DNA of 64,000 nucleotides from Mobula hypostoma (taxonomy: Eukaryota): assembly GCF_963921235.1 (NCBI RefSeq), contig NC_086097.1, positions 65,784,001 to 65,848,000 of the forward strand, given 5' to 3'. The translations under genes and the position numbers were made by a program. How positions within the stretch are numbered: the stretch's first letter is position 1; each line of letters opens with the position of its first letter. Below the pieces are notes generated by a model. That model did no database searches. It was not told where the DNA came from and was given only the letters and a program-made list of their open reading frames with translations. This document shows positions 37,201 through 50,460 of the stretch, piece after piece.

Positions 37201-39743
37201 AAAAAGAATAAGAATCTTACTGAATGTTCTTCATATAGACCTATCTCTTTACTCAATTTTGATACTAAAATTTTATCTAAAGTGTTGGCTCCCAGACTTG
37301 AAAATATTATATCGTCTATAGTTTCGGATGATCAGACAGGATTTATTAAAAATCGATATTCCCATTTTAATATACGACGTTTGTTAAATGTTATGCATTC
37401 TCCATCTAAGGAAATATCAGAATGTGTGATATCTTTGGATGTGGAGAAGGCCTTTGACAGAGTTCAATGGAATTATCTATTTATATCCTTAGAAAAATTT
37501 AATTTTGGACCTAATTTTATTCATTGGATTAAATTACTTTATTTATCTCCCACCGCTCGGGTTCTCACTAATCTTAAGAATTCTAAACCCTTTAAACTCC
37601 AACATGGAACTAGACAAGGTTGTCCTTTGAGCCCTCTGCTTTTTGATTTGGCATTAGAACCCTTAGCAACTGCTTTTCGAGAGTCTAAGGAGATTACTGG
37701 TATTTTAAGGAGAGGTACTATCCATAAAGTGTCGCTCTATGCTGATGATTTATTGCTTTTTATATCTAATGTTACAACCTCCTTACCATTTGTGTTCCAT
37801 TTACTGACTAATTTTAGTCAGTTCTCAGGATATAAATTAAATTTACATAAGAGTGAATTGTTTCCTTTAAACAATTTAATACGAACTGATATTAACCTTC
37901 CTTTTAAAATTTTAAGAAAACAATTTACGTATTTAGGAGTAACAATTACTAAGAATTATAAAGATTTATTTAAGGAAAATTTTTTAACTTTAATGAATTA
38001 TGTTGAAAAAACACTTTCTATTTGGTCACCTCTCTCTTTATCACTGATTGGCCGAATTAATTCTATTAAAATGAATATCTTACCTAAATTTATATACTTT
38101 TTTCAAGCTGTGCCTGTTTTTATTCCTAAATCTTTTTTTGACTCTTTGGATTCAATTCTTTCTTCCTATATATGGAAGAATAAAAAAAAACATCGTATAA
38201 ATAAAGCTTACCTTCAAAAAACCAAACAGAATGGAGGCATTTCCTTACCCAATTTTAAGTTATATTATTGGAGAGTTAATATACAAAATATTATGTTCTG
38301 GTTATACTACTTTAACCATGAGAATTGCCCTATATGGGTTTCTTTGGAAGTCAACTCTATTATGAAATTTTCCATTATTTCTTTACTTGGATCCTCGCTT
38401 CCTTTATCTTTAAATAAACTAACTGACAATGTGGTGGTCAAACATACTTTGAGGATTTGGTTACAGTTTAGAAAACATTTTGGTTTATTGAGATTCTCCC
38501 TCTCAAGTCCCATCTTTTCTAATTGTTTTTGTAAGCTATCTTTAATTGACTTATCTTTTAAAGAATGGGATAGATCGGGTATTAAACGATTTCAGGATTA
38601 GTTTGATGGAGGGAATTTCTCTTCTTTTGTGCAACTTTCAACGAAATTGGTAACCTTTCCAATACCCAATTTTTTTCAATACTTACAGATTAGAGATTTT
38701 TTAAGATCTCAATTGCATATATTTCCTACAAGTCCAGATAAGAATAACAATTTTTAATCTGAAACCCTTTGACAACGGTTCAATATCTTACATTTATGGT
38801 CTGTTGTTGGGACTGAAAAAGGCCTCTTTAGATCAAATTAAAGGCATCTGTGAAAAGGATTTACAGATTTTCTTATCTGAAGAGAGCTGGAAGATTATTT
38901 TAAAATTGATTAATTCTTCATCATTATGTGCTCGTCATTCTTTATTACAATTCAAAGTGGTACATAGAGTTCATATGTCTAAAGGCAAGCTCTCTCGTTT
39001 CTATGCAGATACTTCCCCTTACTGTGATAGATGTACTAATGGAGTGGCCACACTAATTCATATGTTTTGGACATATCTGAGCCTTGAAAAATTTTGGAAA
39101 GATGTATTTCAAACTTTTTCTGCACTTTTCAATTTTAGTTTTAAGCCCAATCCTTTGACTGCCATGTTTGGTATTGTCGAAGATAGTGCAACAAAACTGA
39201 ACCTACCTAATTTGCGGGTATTGGCCTTTATGTCTCTTATAGCCAGGAGGGCGATCTTGCTCAAGTGGAAGGAGGCTGCCCCGCCCACTCATGTTCAATG
39301 GCTATCTGATGTTATATTATACTTTGATCTAGAGAAGATTTGTTGTTTGATTTCTGATTCTAAACATAATTTTCTAATGTTATGGGGACCCTTTCTGAGT
39401 TATTTTCATAATCTTTGAACTGTTATTAAAGTATGAATCTGAGCCATTATTATTATAATATTATATGGGAAGATATTTCTTCTTTTCTCTTCTCTTATTT
39501 TTAACCAACCAGCTCATTTTGGTAGTGAGGGTAGATTTTTTAAAAAATAAAATACAATTATTTTATTTTATTTCATTTCATAATTCAATCTTTTTTTTCT
39601 ATGTGATTGATTTGGAATATGGGATACTGTGATCATATTACTGTGATTTAAATGTAATGTAATTGGTATTACTTACTTGTATCCTTATGAATTTTGTATT
39701 TGTATTTATGCATTTATATAATATTAATAAAAATATTGAAAGA
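34291..39743 (+). mobile_element. Full-length but inactivated L1-clade LINE (ORF1 ~34408-35190; ORF2 ~35694-39418)
   Basis: 15-bp TSD gaaatgttctaagac (34276-34290, 39744-39758); ORF1 ENRNRRNNLRILGLEE; ORF2 NVKGL/LQETH/NVYAPN/GGDFN (APE), GTRQGCPLSP/LYADD (RT), CDRC..HMFW knuckle; several stops and frameshifts. Confidence 0.93.
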
Positions 39744-39987
39744 GAAATGTTCTAAGACGATAGTTTTGACTAATATCTCTTTCTCACAGACTAAAGAAGT
39801 AGATTTCTGAACCTGCCTCAATGAGGGAAGCAAGGGAATATTTGCAGTATTTTTAAAAATCTCTATCTTTGTGTTGATTCTCTTTACATCATTGTAAAAA
39901 GAATATGTTAAACAATTATTTAAAAATTTGAAGATAAACATCATTACATTTATTATCTCCTATTTAAGAAATGGTTCCTTAAGGTTG

Positions 39988-40548
39988 TCATAGTCAGTGG
40001 AGGTAGTGGAGATAAGTTCCCACTACCTATTAAATGCTCCCAGTGGTGTGCATCTCAAACAGCCGCTGTCAACCACGTTCAGCTCTTGGCTTTCAATGGT
40101 GGCTTAGCTACTAAGCCTGGCAGAACCATCTTTACTGACAGGAGATGGGACAAAGGCAATTTACTGGTGCCTTAACACCAGTCACTGAGCAGATGGGGCT
40201 CATCAGCCATGGTTGGTAGCTCATTTAGGAGAAGGAAAACTGATCCGAAACCTCTGCTGCCCTGCAGCTATACCCACTCATGGGGGAGGCTTTGGAAGTA
40301 AAACCCAAGGAAAACTGTGGAGCTGGAGTCTCCAAGGCAGTTCAATGCTGACTGGCAACTCCTGCAACGCTGCTGCTGCCGCCAAACTGTATCGGTCTCT
40401 GTTGTTCTTTTGGATCCATCAGCTGCATGGAGAGGGTGGTCTGCTGCATGGGCAACAGCTTGTTCTCTATATTGAACTGCCCTGATTTGTGTACCACGCA
40501 GATAGTTAAGACGCAATATCCATGGTTGACCCTGACCAATGGAGGGCC
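39988..40548 (+). mobile_element. Probable non-autonomous RTE-related repeat
   Basis: Contains taggagaaggaaaactg, recalled as an RTE 5' UTR motif; its 3' end resembles the tail of the SINE at 11471. Confidence 0.45.
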
Positions 40549-41114
40549 TTATATTTAAGAAATGCAGAATGCAGTCATGTGCATACTTGAAACAGATTGC
40601 ACCAAATTTATATTAAAATGTGACTCTAATTCTGCAAGTCAGACACACACTTTATTGATGTTGGAAGGTATCAGTACACTTTTGGTTGAGAAGCCACTAT
40701 GGAAACACAGATGCAAAGCCCTTAATGTAAATGGCATTCTATTTTTATAAATGTGAAGTGAGACATTGAAATAGATTTATGAAGTCTTAGGGCAGAAGAG
40801 GCTAATGCCATGAGAGTGCTAGGATTGCCGCCATAGCAGCTCTCCCTTCATCTCTGCACATATGAACAGTTGATCCCTGTAGTCATATATAGCAGTAAAC
40901 ATTAATAACTTAACAGTCTGCAGACAGAGCTGAAGATATGGAGCATTATTGAAGGATGGAATAGAGCAGGTGGCACTTTAATATGTTTAGTGTCATGGTT
41001 GACTCTAAAGACTAGTAGAATGAAATTACTTGAGGTGGAAAGATTTAGGAAGTGAACTCATTTTGCTGTGCTAAGGAAATGCTACTGATCAGGCTGTCTG
41101 TGTCCCTTTTCTAG

Positions 41115-41148
41115 GTTGGAAAATATTAACCCTGAAGAAAATGACGTG
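41115..41148 (+). CDS. MIPOL1: MIPOL1 34-nt coding exon (LENINPEENDV)
   Basis: cccttttctag| acceptor and gtg|gtaagc donor; phase 2 to 0; matches recalled MIPOL1 LENINPEEND. Confidence 0.92.
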
Positions 41149-41400
41149 GTAAGCTACTCTAAGGAGATTTTTTTAATGTCACTCTTATATCTTAGAGGCT
41201 TAGACACAATTGAGTGGGTTTCCAGGGCTAAGAAGTAGGAAAATATGAATTTGACACAGTAATAATGTCCATCTCAAATGTTTTATAAAATTGAGTAATT
41301 CTATTTGGTGTACTTTTGCATGTGGCCATTAATTAAGTCTAAACTTAACAAACTCTAATTCTAAATTCATGTGTAATTATCATGTAAATGTTATTGATAG

Positions 41401-41571
41401 ACATTGCAGGAGTTACTGAACCGAATCAACAATGCTGATTCAAGGTGCGCAGTTGACAAGAATGGAGATTTAATTGTAGATAAAATTCACAAAGCCAGGG
41501 AGCGGAAGGAAAGAATAACTGCTGAAGAAATGAATGCAGTTATTGAGGAAAGGGATGCAGCCTTATCAAGA
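41401..41571 (+). CDS. MIPOL1: MIPOL1 coding exon (TLQELLNRINNAD...RITAEEMNAVIEERDAALSR)
   Basis: gatag| acceptor and aga|gtaagt donor; 171 nt, phase 0 to 0; strong match to recalled MIPOL1. Confidence 0.93.
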
Positions 41572-43289
41572 GTAAGTAGTTTTGGTCTTCAAATATTCTT
41601 TACATCTTTAAGCAGTTACCTTTTCTCTTCACAATGTTATCAGTTAAGTAAGCATTAATTTTTTCCAAGCAAAAGAACAAAATTAAAGTATATAAATTAT
41701 TCAAGTTCAAATTCAAGATCAAGATCCAGAATTAATTTTCAGAATAAGATACTTTACAAGGATCCTTTCTTCCACCCTCTTTAAAACAGTCGTGAATGAC
41801 CATGTATTGGTTATTATTCCTGTGAAATGTGGTACTTCTAATCACCCTTCACCGATCAAACGTTAACAGGCAGTGGCTTCTGCTATATGTTTAGGACTTG
41901 CCAAAATATTAGAGAGAAGTAAGCCAAAATGAAATGAGATTAAGGGTCACCTGATAAAATACAGCTTAGTAAGCAAGCATTTCTGTAATTAAAGCTACCT
42001 GATTTATTTTTCTGGAAGACCAAGCAGTTGTTATCTGAAGTTGTAGGGAACTGGGAAGTATCATTAGCTAGACTGAACCTGCCAACCACATTGATAAAGT
42101 AGGCAACAAAGGAGTGCATGTAAAGGTACTTGTTTTTCCTGCTCTAAACGGGTAATTTGCCCTTCTGTGGACTATAACCGAGTCTGAACTAGAGGCTCAT
42201 ATAGATGCATTCTCAACATAACCGACAGGATTGTACCTTGAGGATATTTGAACTCCTAATCTATTGATATTTAGGTCATTTTTTCATTCCATCTAACCTA
42301 CTGTCAATTTGCCTCTGTAAATTCCAAAGTCATTTATTAGATTGCTGAGTAAACAGACAAACTAGTTGGAATCTGAACAAAAACAAATATTTAAATCTAA
42401 CCTCAAATATTTGAAATTTTGCAGTGCATTCATATTATTTTCCATCAAAACACACACACAGACAGACACATAAACATGCAACTAAATATTGACACCTTGC
42501 TCCTTGAACATTATGCGACTAAATCTTGAGCTGTATTTATTTACAACTATTAACAGATGTTTTGCCTATTGACACTTTAATGATAATATAAATGTTTGCT
42601 AGTGAAACAAATACAAAGTACATCAACCAGTCAGCAGAGCCTTGCATTTGACTGCAGATGCAGCAGATGAATGACAAAACTGCTTAATTTTGGACTTTAG
42701 TTACATGTCAAAATCATGAAAAATAGAAACACTGGTGCATTCCTTCGACACCGCTCATTGTAACATGACTGATGCACTGTTCCTAAGTGGCAAAAATTTT
42801 GTACCACATAATTTCATACTATAAAATAATTGACCTTCAAAAGCTCTGGTTTCCTGGGGTATTTTTACGCTGGATTATTTTTGAGATGTCAAAGGAATGG
42901 GGCATGTCAATTCATTAACTCTATTGTGGAGCACTGGGTAACTGTTTAAGTCTAAGATTTAGTAGTGCCAACAATAATTCTACATATGTAAGGTTTATTG
43001 ACACATCTGTGCCACCTGAACAGGACTCTGCAAGTCCTATGTCCAGAGATACATAGATAAAACACTTAGTAATTTTCTTGCTGGCTTGGGTTTTTTCTCA
43101 TTTGAGCAATTATTGCAGTTCCTTTGCTGGTGAATGTTGCTTGCAATAATTGACAGAAAATTTACACAAATAAAGTCCACACTCTTTTATCCCTGAGCAC
43201 CATATGATCTGAACTGAACAATGACTTGGTCGTAGAAGCCAAAATGTAATGGTGGAAGCTCGTTGCTCTCAATGTGACCAGTAGCATTC

Positions 43290-44825
43290 TATAAGATCCC
43301 AATATATTGGAGCAGACTTAGGCTGTTTTGGCCCATCGACTCTGCTCTGCCAGACCCTCTCAACCCTATTTTCCTGCCATCTTCCCATAACCTTTGATGC
43401 ACTTTCTAATCAAGAAATTTACCAAACTTCACTTTAAGTGAATCCAATGATGGTCTCCCAAGCCATCTGTGGCAATGAATTCCACAGATTCACCACCCTC
43501 TGGCTGAAGAAATTCCTCCTCATCTCTGCTCTCAAGGGGCTTCCTTCTGCAGAAGGAAGACTTCGTGTTTAAGATGGCACTGGTGAACCTCTACAACTTC
43601 TGGCTGGTGGTTAATGAAACAAAGATAGCAAATAAATGCTTTGTTAACTACACTTTTTTTGGCAAAAGATCATTGCAAGTAATGGTCTGTAACTTCCTTT
43701 TGGACTTGGAGGCAATTCAATGTGGCAGAACCAAGGCAAAGCAAGGCAGCAGGCCCATCGCCTAGAACTTGGAGGAGCATAAGAGATTGGACATAGGTCG
43801 AATCAAAGCCACAGGTTCCAGGAGTCAGACACGACTGAGCATGTCGTGCAGGTGAAGATTTACAGGCTAAGTCGAAGCAGCGAAGTCCAGTGTATCCAAG
43901 CGACAGAGCCTGCTCTTCATACAGAGAGTTAAGTTGCGGGCCAGATTGTAAAGGTCAGAGTGTTGAGGCCCGAGGTGAGGTATGGTCAGTCCAGATTGCT
44001 GCTCAAAGCAGCAGAAACTAATGTTCAAATGGAGATTCAAGCACCGGGCCAGATTGAAAAGGTCAAGGTGTCAAACAGGTCAGGGTGTCGGGGCTAGAGG
44101 TGAGGTATGGGCCAATTAAGATCACTGCTCCACGACGTTTACTCGGCTCTGCACTAAGCTTTGGGACTCTCTTGCGAACATCAGTTCAGAAACACTATTT
44201 GCTTGCGGTTACTGTTTGCATGATTTTTTTCATTGCACATTGGGGATTCAACATCTTTTTTATGGGTTATTTTATTTTATGAACATGATGAGTTTTTTTA
44301 ATTCTCTGCACATTGGGTGTTAAACGGGCGTTTTTTTATATATATGGGGTTTGTTTCGGGGTTTCTTGTTTCATGGCTGCCTGTTAGGAGACAAATCTCA
44401 AGGTTGTATAATGTATACATTGATAATAAGTGTACATTGAACTTAGAATATCCTTCTATTCTGAAGCTGTGCCCACTGGTCCTAGACTCTTCCAGTATTG
44501 GAAACATCCTTTCCATGTCCACTCTGTTCAGGCCTTTTCAATATTCAATAGGTTTCAATTAGATCTTTCTTCTAAACTATAGCAAGTACAGAACCAGAGC
44601 CATCAAATGCTCCTCAAATGTTAAACCTTTCATTCCTCAGGTCATTCCTGTGGTCATTCCTGTAAACCTTCCCTGGATCCTCTCCAATGCCAGCACGTCT
44701 TTTTTTTTAGATAAGGGACCCAAAACTATTCACGATACTCCAAATATAGTCTAACCAGTGTCTTATAAAGCCTCAGCATTACATCCTTCTTTTTATATTT
44801 TGGTCCTCTCGAAATGAATGCTAAC
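43290..44825 (-). mobile_element. CR1 3' fragment split by an unclassified ~0.9-kb sense repeat (~43550-44445)
   Basis: Antisense CR1 3' end at 43290-43545 continues at 44450-44825; the insert ends in a Rex/Babar-like tail (tgataataagtgtacattgaactt). Confidence 0.65.
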
Positions 44826-45280
44826 AGGAGCACAACTGAGAGCATCCTGCCGGGATGCATCACTGCCTGGTATGGAAACTGTACCTCCCTTATGCAGAGA
44901 GTGGTGCAGTGGTGCAGACAGCCCAGCGTGTATGTGGATGTGAACTTCCCACTATTCAGTACATTTAAAAAGACAGGTGTGTAAAAAGGGCCCGAAGGAT
45001 CATTGGGGACCTGAGTCACCCCAACCACAAACTGTTCCAGCTGCTACCCATCCCAGAAACAGTACCACAGCATAAAAGCCAGAACCAGCAGGTTCCAGGA
45101 CAGCTTCTTCCACCAGGTTATCGGACTGCTTAATTCATGCTGATATAATTGTATTTCTATGTTATATTGCCTGTCCTGTTGTACATACCATTTATTACAA
45201 ATAACTGTAAATTGCACATTACACTTTTAGACAGAGACGTAACGTAAAGATTTTTACTCCTCATGTATGTGGAAGATGTA
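44826..45280 (+). mobile_element. Rex1/Babar 3' fragment (tail resumes at ~47158-47182)
   Basis: ESILPGCITAWYG motif; tail aataaagtaaattcaattcaa after the Tc1 element. Confidence 0.7.
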
Positions 45281-47155
45281 CAGTGGCATGCAAAAGTTTG
45301 GACACCCCTGATCAAAATTTCTGTTACTGTGAATAGCTGAACGAGTAAAAGATGAACTGATTTCCAAAAGGCATAAAGTTAAAGGTGACATATTTCTTTA
45401 CTATTTTAAGCAAAAAAACTTCTTTATTTTCATCTTTTACAGTTTCAAAATAACAAAAAAGGAAAAGGGCCCGAAGCAAAAGTTTGGGCACCCTGCATGG
45501 CAGTACTTAGTAACACCCTATTCAGAAAGTTCAAAGGAACATCTAAACAAGCCTGATGCATTTTGGAAACAAGTCCTGTGAACTGATGAAGTTAAAATAG
45601 AACTTTTTGGCCGCAATGAGCAAAGGTATGTTTGGAGAAAAAAGGGTGCAGAATTTCATGGAAAGAACACCTCTCCAACTGTTAAGCACGGGGTGGATCG
45701 AGCATGCTTTGGGCTTGTGTTGCAGCCAGTGGCACAGGGAACATTTACTGGTAGAGGGAAGAATGAATTCAATTAAATACCAGCAAATTCTGGAAGTAAA
45801 CATCACACCGTCTGTAAAAAAGCCGAAGAAGGAGAAAGGATGGCTTCTACACCAGGATAATGAACCTAAACACATCTCAAAATCCACAATGGACTACCTC
45901 AAGAGGCGCAAGCTGAAGATTCTGCCATGGCCCTCACAGTCCCCTGACCTCTAACATCATCGAGAACCTGTGGATAGACCTCAAAAGAGCGGTGCATGCA
46001 AGATGGCCCAAGGATCTCACAGAACTAGAAGCCTTTTGCAAGGAAGAATGTGAGAAAATCCCCCAAACAAGAATTGAAAGACTCTTAGCTGGCTACAAAA
46101 AGCGTTTACAAGCTGTGATACTTGTCAAAGGGGGTGTTACTTAGTACCGCCATGCAGGGTGCCCAAACCTTTGCTTCGGGCCCTTTTAGCCCTTTTAGCT
46201 TCGGGCAGTGTTAGCTGTGAGGAGGATGCTAAGAGGATGCAGGGTGACTTGGGCAGGTTAGGTGAGTGGGCAAATTCATGGCAGATGCAATTTAATGTGG
46301 ATAAATGTGAGGTTATCCATTTTGGTGGCAAAAACAGGAAAACAGATTATTATCTGAATGGTGGCCAATTAGGAAGAGGGGAGGTGCAACGAGACCTGGG
46401 TGTCATTATACACCAGTCATTGAAAGTGGGCATGTAGGTACAGCAGGCAGTGAAAAAGGCGAATGGTATGCTGGCATTTATAGCAAGAGGATTCGAGTAC
46501 AGGAGCAGGGAGGTCCTACTGCAGTTGTACAAGGCCTTGGTGAGACCACACCTGGAGTATTGTGAGAAGTTTTGGTCCCCTAATCTGAGGAAAGACATTC
46601 TTGCCATAAAGGGAGTACAAAGAACGTTCACAAGATTGACTCTTGGGATGGCCGGACTTTCATATGAGGAAACACTGGATCAACTATGCTTATACTCGTT
46701 GGAATTTGGAAGATTGAGGGGGGATCTTATTGAAACATATAAAATCCTAAAGGGATTGGACAGGCTAGATGCAGGAAGATTGTTCCCGATGTTGGGGAAG
46801 TCCAGAGCGAGGGGTCACAGTTTAAGGATAAAGAGGAAGAGGATTTAGGACCGAGTTGAAGAAAAACTTCTTCACACAGAGAGTGGTGAATCTGTGGAAT
46901 TCTCTGCCACAGGAAACAGTTGAGGCCAGTTCATTGGCTATATTTAAGAGGGAGTTGGATATGGCCCTTGTGTCTAAAGGGATTGGGGGCATGGAGAGAA
47001 GGCTGGTACAGGGTTCTGAGTTGGATGATCAGCCATGATCATACTGAATGGCAGTGCAGGCTCGAAGGGCCAAGTGGCCTACTCCTGCACCTATTTTCTA
47101 TGTTTCTATGTATTCCTTTTTTGACCAGGGGTGCCCAAACTTTTGCATGCCACTC
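45281..47155 (+). mobile_element. Tc1-like IR/DR transposon, internally deleted, with nested CR1
   Basis: TIRs cagtggcatgcaaaagtttgg / ccaaacttttgcatgccact; TA TSD; inner DRs at ~45476 and ~46160; DDE motifs TDEVKIELFG, QDNEPKH, WPSQSPDL. Confidence 0.9.
46201..47110 (+). mobile_element. Young 5'-truncated CR1 LINE
   Basis: Near-identical to 20260-21149; (tttctatg)n tail. Confidence 0.92.
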
Positions 47156-48309
47156 TATGTAATAAAGTAAATTCAATTCAACATTCCATTTGTCTTGCTT
47201 ACTGCCAGCTGAAGCTGCAAGTTAACCTTTAAGGAATCCTGCACTAGGACTCCCAAATCCATTCACACTTCCAATTTGTGTATTTCAAAGTTTAGTTTTA
47301 TTGTCAAAGTATGTGTGTACAGTAATGCTCTGATATTTGTCTACTCCAAATCGCCATTAAATACAAGAAAAATCAAGGATATTGATGAAAGAAAAGATAT
47401 CAACTATCAACTCCCCCTTCGGTATGAAAAGGAAAAGAAACAGAACTTGCAGACCCTGAAATCAACCCCCCCCCACTTTCCTGCGGCAATAAACGGTCAC
47501 AATAACAAATCACCGACCCCATACACATAACAATCCTCTCCTCGCTCACAGAAAAGAACAGCGACAATAGCACCAAACCCCCAACACTTACACACAAAAA
47601 AATTAACAGGTCACCCACCCGCCAATCATCCACAAGAAAGAAACACTGAAAAATTGAAGGAAACCAATATAAAGTACAGTCCAATAAACAGATAAATATC
47701 AGAATATGGGAAACGTCTTTTTGTCTGCATATGAGGAGAGCAGCAACACAAACTCAGTCCTTCCATAATGAGTGTCTGCTGACTCAGGGCTGATCGCGCC
47801 GATACAGCTGCTGGCCGTCTCTGTTGGGAGCCATCGCTGACCCCTCCGCATTCACCTCGATGCTTCAGCCTTCCTCACTGCTTTGAGATGAAGTCTTTCA
47901 TGTCCCCATGCCTCATCTCTGGTGCTTTCCATGAGTTAGCTCGTGTTCTCAGACCTTTTTGGACCCCATCTCTGATCTCCACAAGGCAGCTCTCCAAGCA
48001 CAGCATAGCGTTGGATCCTTCGATCGAGTTCCAAACTCCAACAGTTCCAAATTCACGGGTTCCAACAGTTTCCATAAAACAAGCAAGACAAAAAGAACAA
48101 GCAGAAGGCATAAAAGAAGTGAAATAATTGGAGAGATTTGCTGTCTGGAAGTTGCTACCCAATTTGTATCTGCACCCCATTTAGAAAATAGTATACATTT
48201 TTATTCCTTCTACCAAAGTGTATGACTATACACTTTCCTATGCCGCATTCCATCTCCACTCCTTTGACTATTTTCCTAATCTGTCATAATCCTCTGTTTC
48301 TGAGGAATA

Positions 48310-48847
48310 CTGATGTACTGAGGGCTCTTGGAACTCAAATCTATAGTTCCCTGAAAGAGAATAAGGTGGTAAAGAAAGCATTTGGCATGCTTGTATTCAT
48401 TGGTCTGGTCATTGAATATGAAAGTCAGGAATTCATGATGCGCCTTAGTTAGGCCTCATTTAAAAATATTGTATGCAGTTCTGGTCAACACACTATAGGA
48501 AGGATGTGGAGGCTTTGGAGAGGAAACATTAGAAATTCTTAAAGATTTTGTCCGGATTGCGGTGTATAAGGAAAAGAAGAGATTGGATAAAGATGTGTTG
48601 TTTTCATTTGAGCAATGGAGGCTGAGGAGCAGCCTGAAAGTGGTGCCTAAAATTGTGAGAAGCATGGGTAGGGTAGACGGTCATTATCCCAGGATAGAAA
48701 TATCAAACACCAGAGGGCATTTGTTTATGGTGACGGAGGGATAGTTTAAAGGAGATTGAGGAGTTTTGTAAGGCAAATATTTTAACAGAATGGTAGTTGC
48801 CTGAAACACACTGTGAGGAGAGGTAATAGAAGCAAATATACTCGCAG
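48310..48847 (+). mobile_element. Decayed CR1 3' fragment
   Basis: KVVKKAFGMLVFI, cagttctggtc, TRGHLF motifs. Confidence 0.65.
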
Positions 48848-49334
48848 TGTAACGCTCAGGGCTATCGGCTCGTGTTTGTCTAGGGGAAACCCTGTCCGCC
48901 CGCCAAACCGTGTCTCACATTTGTTTAGTTGCTGTGTAATGCACCCTGGTACAAACTCACACATAAAATATCAGACAGCACACAATGTACGCATCCAGCA
49001 CGTCCTTCCTCTTCGGTTCTCCTCCTGAAAAGCCCGCGCACTGACCCAGGTTCCCACACATACAGAAAGAATAAAATAGCTTCCATTGGTTAGTTCCTCT
49101 GTTATCTATAACTATAACCCAAGCATTTCAGCTGCAGGGAACATTACCTCATAGTTAACATTACAAAGAAGCCATTTCATTATAACATTTCAGAGAAGCA
49201 ATTTTATAATTCAGACATCCCACCATGCAAGAACTCATTTCAGGGAGGTAGCAGTTTGCGGGAGACTTCCGGGAGAGGTGGGATGTCTGCAACAGAGTAG
49301 CTCCTTAGCAGCTAGCCAGCTAGTTTAAAAAAAA

Positions 49335-49980
49335 GTTGCCTCACAGGTAGATAGAGTAGTTAAGAATGCTTATGGGGTGTTAGCTTTCTTAAGTCGAGGG
49401 ACAGAGTTTAAGAGTCGCGATGTAATGATGCAGCTTGATAAAACTCTTGTTAGGCCAGACTTGGAGTACTTTGTCCAGTTCTGGTCGCCTCACTATAGGA
49501 AGGATGTGGAAGCATTGGAAAGGGTACAGAGGAGATTTACCAGGATGCTGCCTGGTTTAGAGAGTATGTATTATGATCAGAGATTCAGGGAGCTAAGGCT
49601 TTACTCTTTGGAGAGAAGGAGGATGAGAGGAGACATGATAGAGGTGTACAAGATAATAAGAGGAATAGATAGAGTGGATAGCCAGCACCTCTTCCCCAGA
49701 GCACCACTGCTCAATACAAGAGGACATGGCTTTAAGGTAAGGGGTGGGAAGTTCAAGGGGGATATTAGAGGAAGGTTTTTTACTCAGAGAGTGGTTGGTG
49801 CGTGGAATGCACTGCCTGAGTCAGTGGTGGAGGCAGATACACTAGTGAAGTTTAAGAGACTACTAGACAGGTATGTATGGAGGAATTTAAGCTAGGGGGT
49901 TATGTGGGAGTCAGGGTTTGCGGGTTGGCACAACATTGTGGGCCGAAGGGCCTGTAATGTGCTGTGCTGTTCTATGTTCT
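49335..49980 (+). mobile_element. 5'-truncated CR1 LINE (second subfamily)
   Basis: 172-aa ORF LEYFVQFWSPHYRKDVEALERVQRRFTRM; tail tgttctatgttct. Confidence 0.9.
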
Positions 49981-50201
49981 AAATAACGTTAGCTATGCTA
50001 ATGAACGAATGACACCTGTTAAACTCACCTCAACATGTCTCTTACAGTCTTAACCCACCATGGACAATAGAAAAGTCATTGTTGCAAACAGTGCAGCGAG
50101 CAACACTGTCATTATTTTGACCCCTATTAAGCAGGGGTACACTTTAGTGTAGTCTAGGGAGAGGTACATTTTATATTTTTTTTGGAACACTCTGCAATGG
50201 T

Positions 50202-50460
50202 GCGCTCTCGCTCGCGCTCTCTCTCTCTCTCTCTCTCTCGTGGTCGCTTGCGCGCTGTCAAGCGCTCTTGGTTGCTTTCTCTCTCACTCACTCTCTCGCT
50301 TGCTTTCGCTCTCGCTTTCTCGCTCGCGCGCTCGCTTGCTTTCGCTCTCACTCGCTCTTTCTCGCTTTCTCGCTTGCTCGCGCGCTCGCTTGCCTTCACT
50401 CTCGCGTGCGCACTCTCTCTCGTCGCTCTCGCGCTCTATCTTGCTTTTCTCTCGCTCGCT
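50202..50460. repeat. (CT)n / (CTCG)n low-complexity repeat
   Basis: Directly visible. Confidence 0.9.
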
